Notes: generated by a model from the sequence alone, not told the origin. Shown: positions 1 through 9,103, counted from the stretch's first letter. The stretch: DNA of 64,000 nucleotides from an uncultured archaeon (GCA_964480705.1 CAYZPC010000001.1:31297-95296), one strand, 5' to 3'. A program made the numbers and translations.

Positions 1-70
1 AAAGAAACTCTGGCCGAGGGATTGTGAAACAATTCCTCCACACCTGCCCGCCAGATGTCAATGGCGCGAG

Positions 71-154
71 TGCACGAGGGAGGATTCGAACCTCCGAAGG
101 TACTAAACCACCAGAGTCTGAATCTGGCCCCTTAGACCGCTTGGGTACCCGTGC
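71..154 (-). tRNA. tRNA-Leu (anticodon CAG), class II with long variable arm, no encoded CCA
   Basis: Reverse complement folds as GCACGGG acceptor / D-arm / anticodon stem CCAGA-TCTGG with loop TTCAGAC / long variable arm / T-arm GGAGG-TTCGAAT-CCTCC / CTCGTGC+A. Confidence 0.8.
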
Positions 155-241
155 GTGATATATTTTCGTGGAATTTACCATTTAAACAAACCCGCTTCGT
201 TTGGAGGTTTGCTTTATATTGGAGGGGTGTTTTTTCTTGGA

Positions 242-700
242 ATGGAAAACCCTCGCGATACACTTTTTTCGATGCCCGTGCAGTTTGTTCTAGTGTTGGG
301 CGGTGTCATTGCCCTTATTGCGTTTGTTTCGGCGTATGGAACGAACAATCCGACTATTTTTGGCCATTCTTCCGATGAAATTGAGTTTCCCATGATTCCC
401 AATGAGCGGGATTGTTCGAATGGTCTTGGTCAGTGTCGCGTGAGTTGTGCAGATCCTTCGACTCAGCGCATAATCACGGGAAGTTGTGTCACTTCAAACG
501 GGTGGGCGATGACGGTAATGGGTTTAGATGATGCAGACACTCCTGTTGCCATTGATGATGTCTGGGATTGTACAGATTTATTGTCGTGCAACAATAATGG
601 TTCGTGCGACCCGAATGAAACGAATGCGAATTGTCCTTCGGATTGTACAACGGCTCCCGGCGTATTAATCGCGCGCGTGGTGTGTGTGACGGAGAACTAA
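242..700 (+). CDS. Cysteine-rich secreted/membrane-anchored protein, paralog 1 (N-terminal TM helix then AYGxNxP..FGHSxDEI motif)
   Basis: Internal ATG at 242 (MENPRDTLFS..) inside ORF 155..700; hydrophobic N-terminus; 12+ Cys; N-terminal region conserved with the next two genes. Confidence 0.6.
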   Translation: MENPRDTLFSMPVQFVLVLGGVIALIAFVSAYGTNNPTIFGHSSDEIEFPMIPNERDCSNGLGQCRVSCADPSTQRIITGSCVTSNGWAMTVMGLDDADTPVAIDDVWDCTDLLSCNNNGSCDPNETNANCPSDCTTAPGVLIARVVCVTEN

Positions 701-702
701 TC

Positions 703-1074
703 ATGAATCGTTTTATTTCCTGGGAGATGGTGGGGGGATTTTTTCTCTTGCTCATTGCGTTGGGGGTAGCGTATGGTGGAAACACTCCCAGTCAATTGGG
801 TCATTCTCCGGATGAAATAAAGTGGGTCGTTGCCACGTATGTGGAAAATTGTGATAGTGGAACAGCGGATGGTTCATGCATCGCATCTTGCGCGCAGCCT
901 TTTGAGCGTGCGATTGGGGGAAGTTGTGTGGCACAATTAGGATATGCCTTTAGTGGATGGGCTGTCACGGATGCATTGGACAACCAGGTCGCGTGGGAGT
1001 GCACCGATCGCACGCACGATTTTGGTGCCGTGTTGCGTGCGCAAGTGAATTGTTTGAAAACCGGGGGACCATAA
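703..1074 (+). CDS. Cysteine-rich secreted/membrane-anchored protein, paralog 2
   Basis: ATG at 703 (MNRFISWEMVGGFFLLLIALGVAYGGNTPSQLGHSPDEI) immediately after paralog 1 stop; same N-terminal architecture. Confidence 0.6.
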   Translation: MNRFISWEMVGGFFLLLIALGVAYGGNTPSQLGHSPDEIKWVVATYVENCDSGTADGSCIASCAQPFERAIGGSCVAQLGYAFSGWAVTDALDNQVAWECTDRTHDFGAVLRAQVNCLKTGGP

Positions 1075-2169
1075 ATGAAGTCGCACCGCCCTATTCCTTT
1101 TGTGTTGGGAATTATTCTCCTAGTTGTTTCGGCTGGCGTGGTTGCCTACTTGAGTGGCGGTCCCGCCAATTTTTTTGGTCATTCTCCCGGAGAAATTGAA
1201 AATGATTTCATTACGGTTACACAAGCGTGTAATGATATGACCACGTCGGGCGGACAATACAAGTTTTGTGAAGCGTTGTGCCCGACAGGGGTTATTGATT
1301 ATTACGCGCTGAGCGGTTCGTGCAAAACCATCGTGAATGATTTTCCCACTAATGATAGTGGTTACCGCTACAATTTGTCTGGCGTAATGCCCGACTTGAA
1401 AGGATGGAGTTGTTTCAATGGGGATTTAGCAAATGATTCGAGTGAGTACATTGAAGCCTCGGTGATTTGCGCTCGCACGGGGGGATACTCTCCCATTCCC
1501 TATCAATTTTGCGGAAATTATCGCATTGAACCCTCTACCGGTCAACCCGGCAGTGTGAATGAAGTGTGCGACACCACCAATTTTGGAGATTGGTTGGATT
1601 GTACTGATTTTCTCACGGGCGGCGGAGTGTCATTGTGCAATGGTTCCCTCTCCTGCGGGGCAACGTGTGGCGGGTTTGACATTTCTCATTGTACGTATTG
1701 TAATGGTGGTTGTTCCCCTGGGCGGCAATTATGCGCGAATGGCACGTGCCAAGCCGATTGCTCGGGCAGCGGAGGAGTTGCTCCCGGAAGTAAACTCGTT
1801 GGTCCGGCTGGGAACAATTGCCAGCCCGGCGTTCCATGTGGGAGTGTGCCGGACACGTGGACGAATCCCGGCTTCTGCGGAGATGGCGGTTCAACGGGAG
1901 GCATTCCTGGTCCTGGCGAAGCATGTGATGGAGATGATAGTTTTTGCTCATCCTACGGCACGTTAGGCGTGGTCTGCCCGGATGGCACGAGTGTTTCTTC
2001 CGGATACACGTGCACCAACACTTGCGCATGTGAACCCAATCCCACTCCCTGTTGTACCGATGCCTTTGGCTCTCCGCAGTGTAGGGATAATTTAGATTGC
2101 GGCTTCGCCCAGACTGAAACGGGCATGGCGCATGGTATATGTGTGCTTGGGTGCTGCACCTATGGGTAG
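1075..2169 (+). CDS. Cysteine/glycine-rich secreted protein, paralog 3 (364 aa)
   Basis: ORF starts 1 nt after paralog 2 stop; N-terminus MKSHRPIPFVLGIILLVVSAGVVAYLSGGPANFFGHSPGEIEN matches paralogs; about 45 Cys in CxxC/CxC-rich repeats. Confidence 0.65.
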   Translation: MKSHRPIPFVLGIILLVVSAGVVAYLSGGPANFFGHSPGEIENDFITVTQACNDMTTSGGQYKFCEALCPTGVIDYYALSGSCKTIVNDFPTNDSGYRYNLSGVMPDLKGWSCFNGDLANDSSEYIEASVICARTGGYSPIPYQFCGNYRIEPSTGQPGSVNEVCDTTNFGDWLDCTDFLTGGGVSLCNGSLSCGATCGGFDISHCTYCNGGCSPGRQLCANGTCQADCSGSGGVAPGSKLVGPAGNNCQPGVPCGSVPDTWTNPGFCGDGGSTGGIPGPGEACDGDDSFCSSYGTLGVVCPDGTSVSSGYTCTNTCACEPNPTPCCTDAFGSPQCRDNLDCGFAQTETGMAHGICVLGCCTYG

Positions 2170-2174
2170 TGTAT

Positions 2175-2780
2175 TCACTTACCTATTTTCGCTATTTTGA
2201 GAATGAGTAATTCTTCAAACGCCACTTTTTGCCGCGCGACGATTCTGCATTTCAATCCTTTTTCGGCACATTTTTTTCGTGTTAAATAGATGCTATTGAG
2301 GCTCGTTTGCAGGAGGAAACACCCTCCTTGGGGCGTCAAATGCACGTTCAACCTATCCAAAAAAGCATCAATGATTTCCCTTCCCTTTTTTCCCCCATCT
2401 ACTTCCACCCATTTGATGGTTTCACTCGGAACATACGGGGGGTTGAATACAATGTAATCGAATGGAGTGGTTGGAGAAATTTTTTCAAATAAAAAGGAGC
2501 GTACATAATTTACGGTTGATTTTTTTTCCGGAAAATATTTTTCCACTATTTTTTGTGTTTGAGTCAGCGCGTCCTCATTCACATCTACACTCGTCACGTG
2601 TTTGGCGCCGCTCAACAATAGTGCGGCGGTTTGAATTCCATTTCCGCATCCCATGTCCAAGCATTTTTTTCCACGCAATTGGTTGGAGTTTTTTTCGATG
2701 GCGTGTGCGAGCAACCACGAGTCTTCCGCGGGTGCGTATCCATTGCGCGGTGCGGGGAATGACATTTTTTCCAGTGTCAT
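2175..2780 (-). CDS. Class I SAM-dependent methyltransferase, HemK/Mtq2-like (N5-glutamine MTase family, NPPY motif)
   Basis: LDMGCGNGI SAM-binding motif and FNPPYVP catalytic motif; start uncertain (2825/2780/2765). Confidence 0.75.
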   Translation of the reverse strand: MTLEKMSFPAPRNGYAPAEDSWLLAHAIEKNSNQLRGKKCLDMGCGNGIQTAALLLSGAKHVTSVDVNEDALTQTQKIVEKYFPEKKSTVNYVRSFLFEKISPTTPFDYIVFNPPYVPSETIKWVEVDGGKKGREIIDAFLDRLNVHLTPQGGCFLLQTSLNSIYLTRKKCAEKGLKCRIVARQKVAFEELLILKIAKIGK

Positions 2781-2907
2781 TTTTTTCATTTCATTTTTTG
2801 CAGTCATTATGTTATAGTCACACAAATCAAGCGTTTTAAATGAAACCCCTCACCTTTCTCGAATAGAAAAATTAGTTCAAAATTGTCTCCCAAGACGGTG
2901 AAAAAAT

Positions 2908-3207
2908 ATGTCGATGATTAGTGCATCTCGCTCAGCCTTGGCTAGCGTCGAAGAAAAAGTGTATGGTTTTCAAACCTCATTAAGCGTCTACATTGGATTA
3001 GTCCGCGCGTCCATTCAAGACAAATATCCCCTCTTGCAGAAACACGCGCTCCTCGCGCTCTTCGCCGCATTTGGAGTGGTGGTGTTTGTTCAAGCCCTCA
3101 TTTTGGTGATTACTTTTTTCACGAAGACATTTGCCATTTTTGCAATGGTTTTTGCGGTGTTTGGCAGCCTTCTCGCGTATGTTCCCATTCTCAATAAGTG
3201 GGTTTGA
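2908..3207 (+). CDS. Small membrane protein (2 TM), unknown function
   Basis: 99-aa ORF with two strongly hydrophobic helices. Confidence 0.45.
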   Translation: MSMISASRSALASVEEKVYGFQTSLSVYIGLVRASIQDKYPLLQKHALLALFAAFGVVVFVQALILVITFFTKTFAIFAMVFAVFGSLLAYVPILNKWV

Positions 3208-3252
3208 ATAATTTTGATGCATCGTTCCAACACGGAAAATTGTTAGAAAAAG

Positions 3253-3336
3253 TGCAGGGAGCAGGATTCGAACCTGCGAAGGCACTAAGCCAGTGCGGCC
3301 TAAACGCACTCCGGTTGACCGCTACGGTATCCCTGC
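3253..3336 (-). tRNA. tRNA-Leu (anticodon TAG), class II, no encoded CCA
   Basis: RC: GCAGGGA acceptor, anticodon stem GTGCG-CGCAC with loop TTTAGGC, long variable arm, T-arm GCAGG-TTCGAAT-CCTGC. Confidence 0.8.
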
Positions 3337-3337
3337 A

Positions 3338-3358
3338 AACTTTTTGTCAAAAAGTTTG
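3338..3358. repeat. Palindrome AAACTTTTTGTCAAAAAGTTT (member of recurring A5/T5 palindrome family; terminator-like)
   Basis: Near-perfect inverted repeat read directly; sits between the 3' end of the gene at 3416..4399 and the tRNA-Leu 5' end. Confidence 0.6.
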
Positions 3359-3415
3359 ATCAAAAAGCTCTTTGTATCTAAGGATGGGAAACAGATATAA
3401 ACGCCCGCACGCGTT

Positions 3416-4399
3416 TTACCGCGTCAAATCCGAATAATGTATTTTCGTATCTCTTTCAGGAGGGTTGTCTTCGATATCCTCGCGCAAATCATCCTCTACA
3501 TCCGAGGACCATTTTTTGGGTTGCGCTTCCGCCACTCCGTCGTTTGATTTTCCGCCCGGAACGCCTTTGAATAGCGTGTCGAGTGTTCCTTCAAAGAAGG
3601 GTGTTCCTTTGGTGGGAGCATTAAATCCTTCTTTCTTGCGGCCGTTAAACACGAAGAATGCTAATGCAATTGCCGCGACGATTCCCACCCCAATAATGGG
3701 AGCATTGCTGCTCGTTGCGAGTCCTGTCGCGGGAGAGGATGGTCGGAAAAAGTCTGAGATGAATGGAATTTGCAACCCCGTTTCAACCGGTTCTTCTTTG
3801 GGTGCAATGAGTGGCGCAAGCTGAGCGTTGAGTGTAATAATTTCTGCTTTTGCATCCTCCAATGCTTTCGTGAGCGTGGCATTATTCGTGTAAATATTTT
3901 CTTTCGCAGTAATGGTTTCAGTTTCAAGCGCGCCCACGCGCGTATCCACCGTGTCTACTTTCGTGCTTAGTTCCATTTGCGATGCCGCGTCAACGGCATC
4001 AAACACATTCACGGTAAACAAACTTGTTTCCGCTGCGCTTCCTTGCGTGGATACAAAAATAGTGTGAGGTCCAGGGAAAAATCCCGTGTGGGTGATAACC
4101 GCCGTCAATCCTTCATTTGTTTTGGTGTCCGCATCAAATGTGGCACAATGAATGATGAAGGGAATCCAGTCTGGTTGCACCGCGCACGTTCCGGAGGGAT
4201 AAATGGTTGCCACGAGAATGTTGTCAAAGTGCACCGCGCTCTGAGAAAATGTATCGGTGGCGGGCATGACGACTCTAAATGTGAAGGGTGCATACGATAC
4301 TACTTTTTCAGGGGCTTGAATTTCGGCTGCAAATGCCATGTTGGCGGTAAGTAAAATTAGTAGTAAAATTCCCCACGTTTTCATATTCATTCCTCGCAC
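3416..4399 (-). CDS. Secreted surface protein with signal peptide, coiled-coil segment and C-terminal TM anchor
   Basis: N-terminus MKTWGILLLILLTANMAFAAEIQAP; C-terminal helix IIGVGIVAAIALAFFVF followed by a basic tail. Confidence 0.6.
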   Translation of the reverse strand: MRGMNMKTWGILLLILLTANMAFAAEIQAPEKVVSYAPFTFRVVMPATDTFSQSAVHFDNILVATIYPSGTCAVQPDWIPFIIHCATFDADTKTNEGLTAVITHTGFFPGPHTIFVSTQGSAAETSLFTVNVFDAVDAASQMELSTKVDTVDTRVGALETETITAKENIYTNNATLTKALEDAKAEIITLNAQLAPLIAPKEEPVETGLQIPFISDFFRPSSPATGLATSSNAPIIGVGIVAAIALAFFVFNGRKKEGFNAPTKGTPFFEGTLDTLFKGVPGGKSNDGVAEAQPKKWSSDVEDDLREDIEDNPPERDTKIHYSDLTR

Positions 4400-4464
4400 G
4401 CTTTACCTGTCACGTCAACCCCTTTTATAAGCGTTTTTGGACGACCTTTTGTATATCGTATAAC

Positions 4465-4535
4465 AGTCCCGTAGTGTAACGGTATCACACGACCTTCACA
4501 CGGTCGAGACGGCGGTCCGACTCCGCCCGGGACTA
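4465..4535 (+). tRNA. tRNA-Val (anticodon CAC); atypical T-loop TCCGACT
   Basis: AGTCCCG/CGGGACT acceptor; anticodon stem CGACC-GGTCG with loop TTCACAC; T-stem GGCGG/CCGCC; discriminator A. Confidence 0.65.
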
Positions 4536-4570
4536 TTGTCGCGCCATTATCCATCTGGCGGATCGGTATA

Positions 4571-4606
4571 GGGTTATTGTTTCACAATAACCCGTTTATT
4601 TTTCGC
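4571..4606 (+). terminator. Hairpin GGGTTATTG-TTTCA-CAATAACCC followed by GTTTATTTTTCG, intrinsic-terminator-like, downstream of tRNA-Val
   Basis: 9-bp perfect stem followed by a T-rich tract. Confidence 0.5.
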
Positions 4607-4804
4607 CAGCCTTTTTACTAAAAAGGCTGATTCGACATCCGGCGGGTCGTCCCCAAGGTGTCGAATCGTCGACACCTTTCTGCTTTTGATTAAACTTTTT
4701 TTCCAGTGGGTGTTGCTTGCAACTCCCATTTCTCGCCACCGTTCATCGAAAGGGGCGTTTACTTCAAGCCCTTGTTTTTTATACCTGTAAACATTCACGT
4801 ATGC

Positions 4805-5107
4805 ATGCCTTCTGATTCTCCTCACCAACGTCGTAGAAACGTGGTGCGCCCCCGTCGAACGAGTGAGATGCGTAAAGACCGCTTGCGGCGTATTTCACAG
4901 TTGGAGCAGCGTTCCAATAACCAGCTTGGCGAATTGGCCCGGCAATTGGCCCTTGCGCGTAAAACGCTATCCGAACTTCAGCGAATGACGGATCGCGCGA
5001 GTTCGACTAATATTACTGATTTGCGCGTGCGTATTCGCACTTTGGAAAATAGGATTGCGAATCAAACCGAATTTCTTGAAAAATTAGACAAGCGCAAAAA
5101 ACAATAA
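4805..5107 (+). CDS. Small basic coiled-coil protein
   Basis: Internal ATG (MPSDSPHQRRRNVVRPRR..) then heptad-like LxxLxxL sequence; upstream part of ORF 4706 overlaps hairpins. Confidence 0.45.
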   Translation: MPSDSPHQRRRNVVRPRRTSEMRKDRLRRISQLEQRSNNQLGELARQLALARKTLSELQRMTDRASSTNITDLRVRIRTLENRIANQTEFLEKLDKRKKQ

Positions 5108-5120
5108 TTTTTGTTCTAAT

Positions 5121-5768
5121 TCACACACATTGTAAAATTGTGGTGAGTGTACTCTTGTTCTGCACTCCTTCCAATACTTTCTCATCAATCACTAAAGATG
5201 GGGTTTTTTGGATGGAGTAATCTTTTACTAAGAGCGCGGAAATTTCCGATGTGCCTTCGATGGGGAATGCAAAAATTTGAATCGTTTGCGCGCAAGTGTC
5301 TCTAATTTCATTCAATATTTGTGCTTGAATCAAACAATCCGTGCACGGCCCATCGGGGTAAAAGTACAAAATGGGTTGTCGCATGTCCTGTGCGTCTGGG
5401 CAATTCGCTTGATATGTTTTCAGTGAGAAAAATAGTTGCGCATTCGCTGAAATAAATCGTTGTCGAACCAAATCGTATTGGTTTTGTAAACTATTCTCGC
5501 GCGCCTCATCTAACAATGCAACCAGTGGAAAGAGTTTTTCATTCTGCACCTGAATGTGTTCGCTCAGCACCGCGCAATATCTTTCCGTGTTTTGCGTGGA
5601 TTGTAAATAATTCAAATACGCATTCACTGCATTCTCCTGCGTCATCACCGTGTCAATTTGGGAAATGAGTCGTGTGTTTCGGTCTCCTTCCAGTGCGGAG
5701 GAGAGCAAGAACCACGCGGTTAGAATAATAACCGTTAACACGGCTGCGCGTGCAAATACATTTACCAT
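5121..5768 (-). CDS. Membrane-anchored thioredoxin-fold protein (CxxC, DsbA-like)
   Basis: N-terminal TM; YFYPDGPCTDC CxxC motif; C-terminal PSLVIDEKVLEG typical of the Trx fold. Confidence 0.5.
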   Translation of the reverse strand: MVNVFARAAVLTVIILTAWFLLSSALEGDRNTRLISQIDTVMTQENAVNAYLNYLQSTQNTERYCAVLSEHIQVQNEKLFPLVALLDEARENSLQNQYDLVRQRFISANAQLFFSLKTYQANCPDAQDMRQPILYFYPDGPCTDCLIQAQILNEIRDTCAQTIQIFAFPIEGTSEISALLVKDYSIQKTPSLVIDEKVLEGVQNKSTLTTILQCV

Positions 5769-7093
5769 TTTCCTCGCCCCCCAGATGACATGGCCAAAAA
5801 CAATCCCCACACTTGCGTGGAGAGGATGAATATCCAGTACACGGACAAAAATAAAATGACTCCTACCATGGAGAGATTTTTTGTTTTGACTCCCGCGGCG
5901 CGTGTTCCCATCGCTGCCATCAGGATGGTTAATCCTACTATTAACATGTACAAGAACAAGTCACTGTTCAAGTAAAGGGGAGGCAATACAATCGTCTCAA
6001 ATGCAATCGTAGAATAGGACGTGAACGAGCGATACACATCCGCGAGGCTTTCCGAAAACATTCTTGCGGCGAGTAGTAGAAAGAAAATCGCCCCCGTATC
6101 TAATATCACGCGCAGGGGGAAAAATACGCGGAAGAAAAACTTTTGCGGTGAAAACATTTCGTTGCGATACTTGAAAATAGTCTGCCACCCTCCGCGTGCC
6201 CATCGTTGGCGTTGGCGAAAAAGTTTGCGCAGCGTATCAGGCACATCGGTAAACACTTGCGCGTCCGCTTCTAACACGACGTGATATCCTGCTTTGTGCA
6301 GGGCGAAGGTGATTTCCATATCCTCCGTGATGTTGTGCACGTCATACCCGCCTATTTTTTCAAAGGCGCTGCGGCGATACACGGAAAAGGGTCCCGGCGT
6401 CACGTATAGCGAGTCGAGTGTATTCAACACGGAGTTTTTCAATCCAAATTCTAAAAAGTATTCCACTTCTTGAATGCGTGCGAGTAAGTTGTTTCGGTTG
6501 TGCACGCGCACAATCGTGGTGACTGCTCCTACGTTTTCATTGCGATAAAAATGGGGGATTAGTTTTTCGAGCGTGTCCACATTGGGAAAACTATCTCCAT
6601 CAATCGCGGCGATGAATTCTCCTTTCGTTGAGCGTGCGGCCTTGTTGAGCGAGGCGGCTTTTCCAATATTTTTTTCATTATGAATGACTTTAATTTTTCC
6701 CTTGAATTCATTCAAAATTTCTCGTGTTTGATCCGTGCTTCCATCGTTTATCACAGTAATATCCCACTTTCCGTTGTAATGCATCGCCGTCACGTGTTGT
6801 AAACACGTGCGCAGGCTCTCTCCTCTATTCCATGCGGGGATGATTACACTCACGCTCGGCCACTTGGTGAGAAGTGGCACGTGAACGGTTTGTTTTTCCA
6901 AAAAGGCTAGGAGGAAGAAGCATCCCATGTACAAAAAAAACACCGAGAAGGAGACCATGATGATAAATAAAGGTAAATTGAAAACCGCCCATCCGGCCGC
7001 GCCGATGAAGAGTAAATATGCAAGTGCCCCTGCTACTCGTGCCCGGTCGGATGGCATGTTCTTGTTGAGCGTGGGTCCTTCAGAGCTGTCCAT
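5762..7093 (-). CDS. Family 2 glycosyltransferase, integral membrane, processive type (QxxRW)
   Basis: VSVIIPAWN, DGSTD, AIDGDS and QRQRWARG motifs; N- and C-terminal TM helices. Confidence 0.85.
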   Translation of the reverse strand: MDSSEGPTLNKNMPSDRARVAGALAYLLFIGAAGWAVFNLPLFIIMVSFSVFFLYMGCFFLLAFLEKQTVHVPLLTKWPSVSVIIPAWNRGESLRTCLQHVTAMHYNGKWDITVINDGSTDQTREILNEFKGKIKVIHNEKNIGKAASLNKAARSTKGEFIAAIDGDSFPNVDTLEKLIPHFYRNENVGAVTTIVRVHNRNNLLARIQEVEYFLEFGLKNSVLNTLDSLYVTPGPFSVYRRSAFEKIGGYDVHNITEDMEITFALHKAGYHVVLEADAQVFTDVPDTLRKLFRQRQRWARGGWQTIFKYRNEMFSPQKFFFRVFFPLRVILDTGAIFFLLLAARMFSESLADVYRSFTSYSTIAFETIVLPPLYLNSDLFLYMLIVGLTILMAAMGTRAAGVKTKNLSMVGVILFLSVYWIFILSTQVWGLFLAMSSGGRGKW

Positions 7094-7212
7094 ACTAGGA
7101 ATAACCCCGGAAGCCTCTTTTTAAGGGGTTTTGGGACAACGAGCGAAATGGCCCACTGAGGCATTGCAAATGCCTCGATGTAGTCCGCCGAACGACCATA
7201 TGGTTAATTTGG

Positions 7213-8544
7213 TCACTTTTGAAAGGCATTCGCGGTGGTTCCGCCATCCCAGCTCGTGCGGGGGCGCATTTTCACGGTGTAAATAGACTCGGCGTTGTCA
7301 TCGAGTAAGAGAGCAAACCCTCTTCCGCGAGGCATTTCTGCGTATAATTTGTCAAAGTCTCCGTGCATGTAGGATGGTCGCAGTTGAGACACGGCCATAA
7401 TATCATCTTGCGCCGTCATGCGGTGAGAGATGAATAAATCACACTGCGAAATAGCATCCGGGTGCAATTTATTCGGCCGCTGCGTCGCGAGCACTAAACT
7501 CAATCCCGGTTGGCGCCCCACACGAATCCATTCGAGTAAAACATTCAGCGCAATGTTGGGTTCATCTTTGGGCATGAACATGTGTGCTTCATCAATCATC
7601 ATCCAGACAATGGGCATTTGACTCTCGCGTCCAAGGCCTTTCATTAAGCGAATTTCTTCTTCTTTTCTAAACAACATTCGTTCTTCAAATAATTTTTTTC
7701 CCAACAATGCGACAATAATATCTTTCGTGCCTTCCATTCCAATGGCTTGGCGGTATGCGGACACATCAATAATGGTGATTTTCCCCGCTTCGGCGATGTC
7801 GCGAATTTTTGTTCCTTCTTTTTCTAACAACCCCCATTCTCTCGCCATCTCCACGCGATTTTTGAGGGCTTGTTTGGTGAGCGCATCCGCTTCCGCGTCT
7901 TGAGTAATTCCTAAAATGATCTCATCCAATCCAAAACGCATACCGAGTTTTTCTTTCATGTCATTGATGACGCGTCCTAACAAAATGGCTTCTGGGTCAT
8001 GCCACGTGTATCGAAATAATGCCATCCATTCCGTGATGTCCATTTCTCCCGCGCGAATGGTTAGAGGGCCATCCACCGGGATGTCTTTTTCTTTGTAAAA
8101 GTCCAGTTTTCCTTTGGGAACAAGCACGCGCACTGGAATGCTTTCGGGTGTGAGCCCCCATTCGGATAATTCTTTTTCATTTCCGCGCGTGGGAATTTTG
8201 AGTGTCCAGAATATTCCCACCATGTCAATCACAATCACCGAGACGCGGCGTTTCATTTCGGGTGCGAGTTTGGAAAACTCTTCAATCATCGTGGCCATGG
8301 AGTATGATTTTCCTCCGCCGCGTTTTCCACAAATCAAAATAACATGCGGTTTGGAAACATCCATCAAGACTTTTCGTCCCAACACCGGATTCTCTCCGCT
8401 CGACATAACGACTTTTCCAATGTATGCCGTTCCTTCCTCGCCGTATTTTTGTACATCTGCTGGCGTTCGCCCCACAACGGTGTTGCGTGCCGCAAAATCC
8501 ACTCCCATTTGTTTATCGGCCATTCTTCGAAGGAAAAACCCCAA
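7213..8544 (-). CDS. HerA/FtsK-superfamily P-loop ATPase (DUF87-like), orphan, no NurA partner
   Basis: Walker A ICGKRGGGKSY; Walker B MMIDEAHMF; LVLATQRP motif typical of HerA/FtsK-like ATPases. Confidence 0.7.
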   Translation of the reverse strand: MGFFLRRMADKQMGVDFAARNTVVGRTPADVQKYGEEGTAYIGKVVMSSGENPVLGRKVLMDVSKPHVILICGKRGGGKSYSMATMIEEFSKLAPEMKRRVSVIVIDMVGIFWTLKIPTRGNEKELSEWGLTPESIPVRVLVPKGKLDFYKEKDIPVDGPLTIRAGEMDITEWMALFRYTWHDPEAILLGRVINDMKEKLGMRFGLDEIILGITQDAEADALTKQALKNRVEMAREWGLLEKEGTKIRDIAEAGKITIIDVSAYRQAIGMEGTKDIIVALLGKKLFEERMLFRKEEEIRLMKGLGRESQMPIVWMMIDEAHMFMPKDEPNIALNVLLEWIRVGRQPGLSLVLATQRPNKLHPDAISQCDLFISHRMTAQDDIMAVSQLRPSYMHGDFDKLYAEMPRGRGFALLLDDNAESIYTVKMRPRTSWDGGTTANAFQK

Positions 8545-8632
8545 CTATATAAATCGGCCTTTTTGGAAAAAACATGCGATAACAGAAAATGGAAAAGCGG
8601 GTGTTTTTATATGACAATTTAGTGGTAGGAGA

Positions 8633-9103
8633 ATGCCCTCCAAAGAGTTGAAAGAACGCGAAGAAACCCTGCAAGCGTTACTAAAGAAAATTGACGCGGA
8701 CATTGATGTTTTCACCAAGCGTTTGGAAAAACTCCACGTGAAACACGATGAGCTCACGGGCGTAGTATTAGATGCGGGTCTGGAACCCGTTCCCATTTCC
8801 TTTCAAGCGGGGAAGAATGCGGATGTGATTAGTGAGTTAGAATCCCATGTTCTTGAACTCAACAAGCTCAAAAATTTGCTGAGTATGAAACTCCGCCGCA
8901 TTCTTCAAGAGGAAGATTTGTTGGAACATTTGCAAACCGAGTATGGAAAAAATGTCACATTCAAGCGCAACACCAAAGGTGGAGTGGAGTTGCAAGTGCA
9001 GGATAAGGATGCGGAAGAAGCATTTGCCCAATTGCAAGTGAGCAAGAAAAAATTAGATGAGTTGAGAGAGCAAATTCACGAGTTGGGCGATCCCGAAGAA
9101 TAA
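8633..9103 (+). CDS. Coiled-coil protein (possibly prefoldin-like)
   Basis: AGGAG RBS 5 nt upstream; two long heptad regions separated by a short beta-hairpin-like segment. Confidence 0.45.
   Translation: MPSKELKEREETLQALLKKIDADIDVFTKRLEKLHVKHDELTGVVLDAGLEPVPISFQAGKNADVISELESHVLELNKLKNLLSMKLRRILQEEDLLEHLQTEYGKNVTFKRNTKGGVELQVQDKDAEEAFAQLQVSKKKLDELREQIHELGDPEE

Noticed and set aside
1559-2159. Overlapping ORFs 1559..1966(+), 1613..2029(-), 1686..1904(-), 1953..2159(-) inside paralog 3
   Set aside because: They are shadow ORFs of the GC/Cys-codon-rich gene 1075..2169 and have no independent support.
4574-4828. Minus-strand 84-aa ORF across the hairpin cluster
   Set aside because: It is built from palindromic hairpins (reads the same on both strands), has R/K-rich junk composition and no start context.
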